A stretch of 64,000 nt of DNA. Source: Balanoglossus misakiensis (taxonomy: Eukaryota; Animalia; Hemichordata). Below the pieces are notes generated by a model that searched no databases, was not told the DNA's origin, and saw only the letters and a list, made by a program, of their open reading frames with translations. The position numbers and the translations under genes were made by a program. Shown here piece after piece: positions 14,901 through 27,300 of the stretch; position 1 is the stretch's first letter, and each line of letters begins with the position of its first letter. The stretch spans positions 6,102,137 through 6,166,136 of the forward strand of contig CM082595.2 in assembly GCA_040954595.2 (NCBI GenBank). The letters run 5' to 3'.

Positions 14901-17900
14901 AAAAATAGATTCGAATATTAAATGTGCGGCTGAATAAGACTATCTCAATTCCGCTATCCGGAACTGAGTTGGTAATTAAATATTCGCAGTTCATAAAATT
15001 TGAAACCCGTCGTGACACTACGAAAAAACATCGGTTCCCAACATTTTGTTACAAATGATGCCTTTTGCTACTTCTCTTGCGCCCCCAACTTTTAACAGCG
15101 TGTGATTGAACGATTTATAACTTCCACAACAGGCATTGAAATATATAATCCAATAACTAGTTTTAATGAATAATTCTACTTATGACGTTTGTGTTTTGAG
15201 TCATTGTCCATACAAAGTAGTAAGTTTGGACGCTATTGTATAAACGATATATTTCTGCAGCTTAATCGCGAAGCATTCGTATTTCACCGAAATTTGCATG
15301 GGCTATAAACATAAACTATTAATCTTTCTCCCAGGCCCATAGACAAACATACACATAAATCAGAGTTGGTCAAATGAGTTATGTCTCCTTTGCAAACTAT
15401 TATTTTTTATTCGAAGGCTACTGAAACAGATTTTCCAGTGTTTTTTTTCTATCACTGTGTACCTACATGTGCAAGGAGACCTCTAATGCGATGAAAGCAT
15501 AAGCGAAACCGAAACCGAACTGAGTGGGCGGAATCTTGGAAAAATGGAACAGAGGTTGGCGTTCGGACAGTGAAGATGATTGAACGACGCTGACGTAGTC
15601 ACTACCCCTTTTATGAGATATTCCAACCGTCTAAATCAACAGTGCCAGCGCATCAGTGACAATGACCTTCACAAAAGTTGCTTGTATGCGCGCGCGCTTC
15701 CTTTCCATACTTTGACATAGTCATGACCACAAGAAAACGGGTAGAATAGATATGCCTTTGATATTATAGTTGTGTCTGCTTCTAATCAGAATTTGTGATG
15801 CCGTTCTGTCCATTTAAACGCCTGAATCTCGGTCACCAGATCTTAATAACAAACTGTATTATCAGATCATAATCACAAGCGGTGCTATCTTTTTGGTGTT
15901 ATTTTCTCATTCGCATAATTAACGTTTTATCGTATGCGCTGGAACAAGAATGCGATTTGCATAACTTTTGCTTCATAGTAAAATGATTCTCACCAAGAGA
16001 TGCTTATCTGTTTGATATTATACTTGAATGTAAAAGGAAGGAAGGGGATATGCCATGGTTGCGGTATACCTCAACCAAAGACACGTACATTAAGTTGGTC
16101 CTGTCCACATGCGAAGTGACAACAGACCTTGTGTTGAAAAGGTATTAGCATAACAAACATTCAGACGGACGGACGATACAGATTTGCAAACTAAAAATGG
16201 AAAAACTAAAATTTGCTACAAGGTGACCATCTGTGGAAGAGGTCTGCCTGTCGACATACAATGTATCCGTTTCCCTAACTCATGAAACCGGGACATCCTG
16301 TGAAATCACATTTACCACTTGTAAACAACAGAAACTACCAGAGCTTGTCCATTGGACGTGAAGGACGGGCAGGTTTCTGTGACACACATATGTATTTATC
16401 ATTGATTGTAAGGCATGATAAGATAGGCGCTTTTACACACATAATGAAAAGCCCCAATTGTTACAATTTGAGTGGGATGTAGCTGTATTTCGGAGAAACG
16501 CACTTCAAATTGATTAAAATGTAACAAGTACTGCACCCACCAGCCGAATGAAAGCGCGTTTCTTATCATGGCTGGCTAAAACTGGTAACAACGTCAAATT
16601 CAAATACAGTTCAGTCGTACTTCACGTTCAAACGTCGACCTGCAATACGTTCTGTAGTATAGTAGGGCCGTGGCTTTCACCAACGCCGCCATCAACGCGA
16701 CAAGCCGCGCAGAACCATCTGGTATGAGCGAAGAACACTCTTCAGCCCCACCCTAACCACAGTAATATAGATGAACTCGATACACAGCAATACCAAGGGG
16801 TCGCGAATATTGGTGTCATAGTTGAAAAGTCAGACGCGGATTTGGTAACCGGGTGTTGTGCGCTTTGGGGTCACGTGACGTCCATCGACCAATGATAGCT
16901 TCGTTCCTCGTTAGTATATCGGTAAGTTTATATTTGTCGTCGTGGAGAAAAACGGTACAAATAGTTTTGCCGTTGAAATTGAATGGAATGGCGCCAAATC
17001 AATTTAAGGTTGACTCCATTAACTTCACACACAGGAGGGGACCCAGGTGGTCACGCATGACAAACCGATGACTTCAACAGTTACCATGGCGATGAGATGA
17101 CCCGGCTGTCTGACGTATGAGGTAATGACTGTGTCGTCCTCACTATGAATGATGTGGTTAATGGTGTTGACCGGGTCGCCGTGCGTGGTAGTGTCGCCCA
17201 CCATTTTGCTGTTGCTTCGTTGCAGGCTAAAATTCGCCTCAGTGACCATCGTACATGTACCTGTATGCAATGCCATGAAAACCAGGATTTGTATTTGTAA
17301 AGCTAGGAATTTCCTTTCTTATTCCGACTTCTGAGAAATCAATCTTCTGGGGTTATGAGACGAAGTCGTGTTGCTCGATTTTGCCATTTCCGCGGTAGAT
17401 GGCGCTGTGCATCGGTTCACATCCACCCTCCACCTAATGAACACACTTGATATTGACGTCATACGCGTAATGCTCAGTGTGTCGGCTGTTTTCGCTGACG
17501 TAAACCAAGTGTCCATCAACGTTACACACAATTCAGTCCGAATTTCTGAATCACCGATTTCGTCGGTTGTCTAAAATCATGTTGTCACATCTTTCAGATT
17601 TCTTTCTTTGGGTGCAGAACGGCATAGCTAGGTGTAAGATGTTAAACGTAGCTAACCTTGTGTTCGCCAAATGTCGGGGTCACGTCCGGCAACATGGTGT
17701 AAGATGTTCCATTTTATTACGTTTTTCGCGTCAGACAATGTTTACACACGCGTATGCCACGTCGTGATAGATCAATAGTATAAAAATGAATATTGATAAT
17801 GTCAAGTGTTTAAAATATAAAAGTTACTAAATATTTATATAAATATAACTAGATATTGCTGAAGTGGGACTACAACTATAGTATTAGTTACGACTATTGT

Positions 17901-18102
17901 CGAAGATGCCTTGATTAATATGTGTCTATGGTAGAGTGTTAGCGCAAATGATAGCACATTCTCTACACTACAATTAAGGACAAAATGCCCATTATTTTTC
18001 CAGAGATATTTAACTGGTGGAAGATCATATTATAGTAGATAGGTAGAAGTTTGTAAATAGGCTCTCTGTCAGCAACAAGGCAAGCTGTAACTGGTCCAAC
18101 AC

Positions 18103-18272
18103 TAGACTCTCTCACAGCCCCTCTCGTCGTCCATGCAGGCTTATGGTCTGATTGCATGTGTGCCCGGCGAGAGGTTCGCTACACAACACCATATGGGCTT
18201 CTCTTCAGCTAAACGGTTGAGGGCGCGTCAGCGAAGAGCCTTGTAGCGAACCGTGGGCTGTGAGAGAGTCTA
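18103..18272. mobile_element. 170-bp MITE with 18-bp TIRs and 9-bp target-site duplication
   Basis: TAGACTCTCTCACAGCCC ... GGGCTGTGAGAGAGTCTA, flanked by gtccaacac at 18094-18102 and 18273-18281. Confidence 0.85.
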
Positions 18273-18412
18273 GTCCAACACTTGATTCCAGCTGTGCCGG
18301 TGTTGCTGTGGTTGACCGGGCGAATGTGTGGGCGCGTTTTTCCAACCCGTGTAAACGCACAACATTCTTTCCCAATTAGGATAATTAATGAGACCAGCTG
18401 ATTTAATTTATA

Positions 18413-21400
18413 CTAAAGCTTTGTTTCAATCGTGTCCTGGTCCGCCACATCCTCCAGACTCCCGTTGGCCAAGTGGTTGGCCTGTTTCTCCTGGTCACTT
18501 TGGACCCCATCGGCCTTCGGTGGTTCGCCAGTTTCCCCCTTGGGACCGCAGCACACGTAGCCGAGAACAACAAGCAACAGGGCGAGTGACATCCAAGTAG
18601 CCACGTACAGCCCGACTTCCGACAGTAACTTAGCCAACTGCAGGAGAATAACAGTGGACACAATTCAAGACTGAAAGTACGCCCTCGTGCGTGGAATTAT
18701 TGTGTCACTATTTCCGCCACCATTGACATGTGTACACCATTACTATTCTACATTCCCATTAAGGTATACCTTCACCTATCAACACTTAGCCACAGTTATC
18801 ACGGAAAACTGCGGTCTAACCAATCACAGATTTTTGCGGAGTGGTCACGCGAAAACGTGTTACCACTATGTGGGTCTTCCAACGACTTTTACGATTAATA
18901 CGGCGATGATTTACTTTGAATGTTTTTTAACGTTGATACTCTTACTTAAATTAAAAGGATGGCACGTTTTAAAAATGTTGTCTTTATATGGATATTTCAA
19001 GATATGTTTTCAGGTATGGCGGCTAAGACGCAGTCATGTGTTTTCCTATTAAGGTTGTTCACGCATTAGTTTGCCCCCATGAGACTAGGCCAGCATGATG
19101 TATTGCTTGAATACCCACTTCTGCCAGTAAAGATTTGCACATAACTCAAAGAAGTGATTTTACAATCAGTTATACGCAATTTTGAGATACAAGGTTGAGA
19201 TGACTTCTCACTTACCGTGTACACCGGTATTTCTTCGATTTTCTGTTCCGTGAAATCGCGGAAGTACACTTCAAGGGACACAAGATTGTTCCTGTCAACA
19301 AACAAACAAAACAAAGTAAGACAAATGAACGGCATGTACACAGCAATCATTTGAAGAGTACAATGATACAGCAATGATTCTGAGAAAATGCCATTGTGTC
19401 AGTAAAAGTCCAAACAGATATGATTATCATTGATATTATTATATGGTTAGCGCATACACCACACATCTATAAACTTTCTCAGTTGAGTCTTGAAACTGAC
19501 AAAATCGATGAGTCATACATACCGAACACTCATCTCGTCAGACAGTGTCCATGTCTTGTCATTGGAGTAGTGCAATGAGTTCAGCAAGTGGGGAATGTAT
19601 ACAGGAGACGGCCAAGTAGTTTGTGTGGTTGATATTCTGTACTGAGTCTCACTGTAATTTAATTACAAGTAAAAAGTTGGAGTAGCATGGATGTACCTAT
19701 ACAAACTTAAAGTACCTTAAGTGGCCTCGGGGTTTACAAAAATTAAAAACACATTAAACGAGATCACAACAGATATTGTGTTTACCTGCAAGGTGGAGGG
19801 CAATGGCACTGTAAAATTCCCACTGCAGAAAAGTGCAACATCATCTGTCGACACATATCTGTCAAGAAGACAAAAATTGAATGTTACTTGTTAGATCGAC
19901 TGACTCGCCTTCATTACGAGAGATTGGAAAAGCATAGGGCAAACGAGCAATTACTTCGCATCTTTTTCGGTCGAACGACCGAGTAGACTTGTCTATTTGC
20001 TGCCGCATTTGGCTATTCCCCTCTCCCTATATGTATTGGAAATTTTACCTCGACTGATTTGCAGCGTTCATGAAAAGGATTGTGTCAATTTGTCATCCAG
20101 TTGCGGTTGGCACACGAGCGAATTTAAATCAATGGACAATCACATACTGAGAATCAGACTCACCTTGTGTGTGATTGCTTCTGTCGCACGTCATAGTAGT
20201 ATTATGGTCTGCCAAGGCATCGACACACCCACAATAATCTCGTAGATGTCTTCTCAAACACATCACTTCACAATCCTAAAATATGAACAAATAATATGAC
20301 GTGTACTTGACCAAAACATTTTGTGTTCTTGTTTTATCTTGTCGTCTCTGTGACGTAGGTGTTTCTTATTCAACTGTAGTAGTTACTATTTCTGGTATAA
20401 CCATTTTGTGTTCTTGTTTTATCTTGTCGTCTCTGTGACGTAGGTGTTTCTTATTCAACTGTAGTAGTTACTATTTCTGGTATAACCCATTACTGGATAA
20501 AAAACAATAATAGGTGCTATAATGTTTGTAATAATTCTCGACAATGTTATTAACATAATTGGAATGGAACACTATACATTAACAACAACCGGGCAAGTGT
20601 CGGAGAAAAAGAAAGATATTTCTACCTTGGTGCTTTCTGATGAGCATGCGCCAAACGGTTCTTCCAGCCGAGCTATTGTCATCTGTTGATGAAAAGTTAT
20701 ATTTAAGACACAGTTACCACCTGTGCCAGCACAGCTAATGAGGATTGCAAACTATAGCTGAAGTGTTACAAAGGCAATGTACAGATAAAAGATACATGTA
20801 CGTGTATTATAATCATTACTCAACTATAACGTTCTTGCAAGTTAAAGGTAACCGACCAAACATACATGTACTGCTGAGTATTTCCACCTCTTAGACAGCA
20901 ATTGATTATAAAAACCCGAAGCAAAACTATTTCGCATTCATCTGCTTGTAATTTCCATGCTTGTGTAGTTTGTATTCCTCACACAGTAGCCAAAGCAATC
21001 TGGATTAAGAACCTGATCTTACCCTTTCCATGGAAGCCGATGTCAGCATTCCCGGTGAAGCGTAGAATCCGTCTTTGTCGGGAAAAGGCTTCACTGCTCG
21101 ATCGTGGATTAATACTTTGAACCCCGTCTGACTCCCAGATATCCCTGTGTATTCGTGCAGCTCTGCCGACAACGTGAGTTTTAATCCTGCAATGATGTAA
21201 ACCGTGGTTGTTAATGGCAATGGAGTTATAAACTAAAAACGTATTACATGTATCATGATTGTGATACTTGGATAAACGTGATAGTATTAGACAACGATGG
21301 AGTCTGATCTTCAGGTGAACGAACTTTCACAATCGCACACGCAGTGCACCAAAAACATGGTCGCCAAATGTCTGTCTTTTCGCTGGTCAGCAGTAACTCG

Positions 21401-24394
21401 TTGATTGAAAAGGGAACTTCGATCCCGGTTATTTCTTTGGCTACGCTGTTTTTGTTTTTAAGATTATTTTGCGTTATTTTATTTAAAAAAAATAGTGAGT
21501 TAGTTTAGTGGAATCCGCGAAAATGTACTAAGTAAGACGATGATTCGTGTGAATATAAATATGTTAGGACTGGGTACGGCGACATCGTTACATTGACTCA
21601 CCATGTTCGGGCCCAGGCTTTCTCGCGGTCCTCTTGGTAACTGCACTCTCGTCGTTGAAAGTGAAACAATTGCCGAACTTTTCATGTTGAAACATTTCAA
21701 AATCCCTGCGGGTGAGAACAAATAATAACACGACATAAAAGTTACAGAACGTGTCACCCTCTCGTGCGCCTAATACCAGAAAATTTTGTCGTTTCCCATT
21801 CTCGTGCGGGGCATGATGCCGAAATAGTTATTAACTTTAAGGCGCTTACTCAGCTCCGCACGTCATGCCGCCATAGCTGCATTCAAAAATGAAGTCCTCT
21901 GCTTGGTGTCCCAGATCACGCATCTCGTCTGCAGTAATCGCCAGCGCAGCCCTGACGTCATCGAACGTTGGGGAGGCACTCGCCAGCAGCAGCGGAATCA
22001 AAGATGGCGGATCACCAGTTAACATCGACGCCAATACATTTGGCTTGTAAACATTTTCTCTGAAGTTCTCATAATACCGCCCGGTTCTGGTGACGTTGTG
22101 GTACGGCAGCGTCCAGTTCCCAACAAAGAGATCCAAAGTTGCATTTCCTGTGAAACAAAACAATTATATGTAAGTCATGTTAATCAGATTTAGACAGACA
22201 GAGACAGCACAGTCGGCCATGACAATAAACACAATGTTCTTACCAGTCTGCATGGGATAATCGCAACCTTCCTCATCCAAGCCATTCGGACACTGTTTTA
22301 TTCTATCACAAACAAAATATCCCGGGATGCAGTTCGTCTCCTCTGCATCACCACTGCACTGAAAGGTATCGTTCCCACAATCTAAAACGAAGAAACAAAT
22401 TTAAATGTCTGGAGTAAGTTTGCGGAAGATTGGTGGTGACGAACTAAATAATTTCATTAGAAAACGACGTTATACAGGTTTATATAGAAATGGACCAAAC
22501 AACTCTAAAACTTACAATACATTACAATATAAAGACAACAGTGACATGTTGATTATTCTCTCAGCTGAGCAATCAGAACTAATATATGTCATGTTATTGT
22601 TTTCAGCAACTGTTATTATGGGGAGTAAAACCGGGACAGCGTTAATATTTTATGATGATATATTGCAAATACATGTACCTGTTAAATAAGTACAGTTCTC
22701 TTCATCTGAAAAGTCGCCACAGTGATCGATGTAGTCGCAAACGAGTAATGAAGATATGCATTTCGAGTTGTTGCATACGAATGTGTCTTCGCCACAGAAT
22801 GTGTTGTCATCAGGTACAGGCCCTGGAAATGAACGCGTTAGAAATTCATGAATCAGGTAAATGTAAAAAAACTCAGGGTATGCAACAGTATGGAAAATAT
22901 TAATCTTTGAACAACATATTCCCCTTCCGTACAAATGATTTATCAATCCAAATACTAGTTTGTAAAAAAAGACGTGATTAGGATATTGAAAGTCTTGTCT
23001 CATGTTCCAATAATTTGTGTTGTCGCTCAGCCGTGACTTTTTTCTCTCTAAAGATACGCACTTGCCATGATAGACCCGTCGAGTCAGTCTAAATGCCTGA
23101 ACGCACCAGTAGTCCCGTTGTTTTAATAGTGTATCGTTAGTAACTTCTCACCTCCAGTTCTGGAACAGTTCCGCTCGTCTGCGCCGTTCCCGCAATCATC
23201 CACCCCATCGCACGCCATATACGACTTGACACATTCCGCCGCGTGCTCGTCACAGGAAACGTCCCCATGGAAACAAGGCCCTGCATTTCGATCAAAGAAA
23301 AAAAACCGTTGCATACAGCCTTTGTCGGTGAATTCTATCTCACATTGCAGCAACAGCGACTGGCGATCCCTTGTTCACTGACACAGCTAGGTTGACTCGC
23401 GTGGAATACGAATAACCGCATTTCACGTTACAGTAATTAATACATGGTTTATTCCCAAAATAGATGCCATTTTACCCTGTACCGTTGGGTTCGAGTTTTA
23501 TGAAAGCTGACACTGATGTTAGCGACTTTGGCATCCGAAGCAGAATTCGAACCATCTATTTTCAGACCTAGCTATAACGGAACGACTTCTCAGTTCAATA
23601 GCTAGGTTGCAAGTTTTTTGTTTGTTTGTTTAGACTGCTAGTTGGTGACGCACTTCAAGTCTGCATTCTTCCCATGTCGCAGTGAAAATAACGTGTGTCA
23701 TAAACACGTGCATACAATACAGCATGTTGGTCGGATCGTTGCAGTCTGAATATACGACTGACAGAGAGACGGACTCTCATGTACAGACATGTACATACCG
23801 GGTGTGTCACCACGATATAAAAAATCGTTGCGTTGTGAGTGCATAATCTGGCCCCCGATTAATGTGGTATACCTTTTTAAAGAAAATGGCATTTGACTCA
23901 CTAGTTTGAACATACCGCATTGACATTAAAACTGAACTCATATTGTTAACATTTAAATGTCGCATGAGAGTCCGAGATGAATTATGCAAGAATGCCACAC
24001 TGCACTCTTGCAAGGTCCAACTCTGGAAAGGAGGTACAAATTTACTTGGCGTTTAATACTACCCGCAGTTTGTTTGGAAAAGCGGTGTGTACTCACCGAT
24101 ATATGGCATCAAATTCGACAACCCGCCCGGCCTGTCCAACAGCAACAAGTCCCTGTATCGACTCGCCTCCATCGCCGACTTCCGGAATCTGTTGGTGTTG
24201 CACAGGGTTACCGCTGGAAACGGCACCTTCGCCGGCGTAACCATGGCGACGTGGACAGTCACGGGATATTCTAAATACCTGGGTATGTAGTAGGCGAGGC
24301 TTATCCCCACGGCCAGACCCACGCCGAAGAGACACACTGTCCAAAGCGCTCGGAACGCTTTGTGAAAACGACTGAATTCACTCTCGGTCGCCAT
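18413..24394 (-). CDS. DEG/ENaC (amiloride-sensitive sodium channel family) subunit with three LDLa repeats (648 aa, 13 exons)
   Basis: Exons: 24394-24097, 23280-23152, 22822-22679, 22381-22244, 22147-21850, 21705-21602, 21186-21023, 20682-20626, 20275-20164, 19858-19786, 19651-19523, 19291-19216, 18637-18413. All introns are GT-AG and the total is 1947 nt in frame. Motifs: TM1, YLEYPV, FPAVTLCNTN, GNCFTFN, GLKLTL, GFKVLIHD, CGC, CHCPPPC, WPS, LEVYF, TM2. Confidence 0.92.
20317..20486. repeat. Perfect 85-bp tandem duplication in an ENaC intron
   Basis: 20317-20401 is identical to 20402-20486. Confidence 0.9.
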
Positions 24395-27300
24395 CTTTGA
24401 AAATATGCAAAAACTGAAGACGTCTTCACACTCGCGAAGCTATCTTCCGCTCCCAGGATACATAAACATCATCCAAGTAGACCGAACTCGCTCGCTTCGG
24501 ATTGGCGACGGCGATGCCAACTCTGCAAAATAGAATCGTTTGTGTACATGTTGGTTTGATTTATGTGACAGGAACAGTTTCCAGCGTTTGCCCATAATTC
24601 ATACAATATTGTCAGAAAGGTAAAGGGTCATGAAATGGTGCTAGTAATTACGGTGGTATGCGGAGTTCGCTCTTGGGGGTTCAAATATGCTCGCTTGCGA
24701 CTCTGTATTCCGTTATATTTGCCGGAGCGTTTAACACTCCATAAGCTGCAACCTTCATCTATTTTTCAGTGGTCTGTTTTTACTGCGGTTTCTTATTCGC
24801 GTCTCAAAAGTACGACGAAGTACCCAGTGTACAAAGCTGATGGGCACACTAAAAATATGTGTGTTGTGTCATCATTGTAATCGTTGAAGGTTGACTGTGG
24901 AAGTCTGGACATTAACTCATTTATCATCGATAATAATGATTTTTGCTCGTACAATGTATGCGTGATCGACTGAAAAAAACAACATCATCTCGGCTGTTTG
25001 CACATCCTACTACAAGCCTGTTTATTCCGCGTCAGTCCGCTTCCAACAAAACTTAAAAACCAGTTAAGATATTCAAGACAACGACAGGGTACTCCGTATA
25101 GATTTATAAGGCACATTACATAAACTTATCCAACCTGCTTCCACCCCCTAACGTAATCTCATGGGATCAGTAAGGTTTCCATAGATACAAGTTCGCCTTC
25201 TATCCAGGCACACAATATAAAACGACCAGAATCCCTCTACGGTTTGAAACAATTGTACATACACATGCAATCACAATGACATGCATTTGTGCAATGTTTG
25301 AAAGAAAGTTGTGACTGTATAAAAGAGTCAGTGAAAGGATGACGTCGCTGTTGGCATTGACAACGGGACCTACCGCGACAGATCAGCAGCAGGATGACAC
25401 CGCATACTCGAAATTCGATTAAATTAGATAAATATTAAGAACACATGTCACATCAATATTATATGAGTAATTACACGGTACACGTGTTTATGTAATCAAC
25501 TCGAAAATATAAATAAATCGGCGGCTGATTTCTAAGAACCGAATTAAGCTTGAGTGTGACATATTGGCCCGATTGCATTTCACTCGGTTATATAGAATGT
25601 TGATTCTCTTTCTCTTAAGACGTTGCACCAACCTCATCGGGGTAATTAACCCATATGAACTGAAGGCGAATGCCAATGTCTACTGAATGCATCTTCTTGC
25701 GCAAAAAAAGAGATCACTCGGGTTTTGCGTTAATGGCCGTCAATTCGCCGGGTAGCAATAAATTTGAAGATGCCCTCACATGCCATAACGACTGTGTGTT
25801 AACTGTACACTTATCGCTAGTCTCAAGTGAAGAAACATGCGCTCACTTTGAGTGCTGGCCAATATGTGGTCAATATGCCTTCCCTTCCACCATATGGCGA
25901 AAATGTGTCACACACTTCCCCGTGGCACAGTCTGTAGGATGCACATCGTGTTGAAGTCAAAACATACCGACCTGGTACTTCACAGAAGACGCTTAGCTCC
26001 ACTTCGACTATCTTACCCTCCGTGACCTTTCCGGGCTGTTACAGAGAGTATGACGGTGTTCAGTACTATTCTAGATCAGATGTCGGTGGTGGATTGAAAA
26101 CAACGAGATCACGTGCTGTCCCAAGCAAGGCCAGGGGAGCCCGCTTTGTTTATAGAAATCTGGGGCTTAGCGGAATGTGTTGTGGGTAGACAATGTTTTG
26201 CTTCCAGGCACTGGTGTTGAAAACATACGAGGATTTTGAACGTTAGGAAGGGACAACAATGTGGAGATATACTGGGTCAATCCATGCAGGTCTGCACAAA
26301 AAGCTGTGTTATTCCTTAAACTCCTACTTTGTAAACTTTAATCATCGGTTCTTACAATTAATATACTAGTATAGACTGTAAGAACCGACGATCATTATTT
26401 TCCGGTTTGGAAGGACTAGTATATAAAATTCAATAATAATTTGTGTAGAAGTATCGACCTGCTCTGCGCCTGCGCTCGGCCCTATTGTCAACAACTGTTG
26501 AAATGAATATTGTCCTTGTGGGATTACCGTGCATGCAAGCTTTTTGTTCGAACTGTGTCTTGAAAGAAGGTTTAAAGCACTTTCGCGTTGTGCTCGAACA
26601 ATGGGCTGTTCATTGACGTCATAATTAAACTGGGACGAGGGGTTCTCACTCAACACCACGAACAAGGCGGTAGGCGCTACTTCCATAGTACAAGCACTCC
26701 TTCTAAGCTACCAAATCAATCTTTCTGAATGGAAAGTCCGCTCGGCCTCTGATAATGGAAATAACACAACACGTTTTGTCGTCCTTTGTACAAAACAGTC
26801 ATCCTGGGTTAGTGTGAATTGGTCAGTTGATTGGCCTACTATAAAAATAACGTCTGGGATTTAGCTTTGTTTTGTGTCTACATTTACATGTACCAAGATA
26901 TGCAGGTGCTTGTAACAATACAGTCTGCTTACGTCTGTACGTTATTGTGTGTTATGCAATTACTCGTACAATTCACATGAATTTGTTCAATCAATATAAA
27001 TAATTCGATAATCCGTGACTACGTCAGTCTCAAAAATATGAAAAAAGTACGGGTAGTGTATTTCAGCGAACTTCTGGTACCTGGTCTGTCCGTGGATGTA
27101 CCAGAAGTAAATCCATGTTCTATTAGACAGCACACATTTAATCTGTACATGTCAACATAACTTGGTACATATACACACATATATACCAACATAGTACATG
27201 TATAACTATGCTGTATCTCCCGCGAGTCTGAAGTCGCTTTTGTAAAACGACCGGAACAAATTATACGAACGGATATTTAATACATTATCCGGGAAATAAT

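Noticed and set aside
6700-18000. Many short ORFs in an 11-kb stretch
   Set aside because: No domain motifs or consistent exon chains were found; treated as intergenic, though small exons could have been missed.
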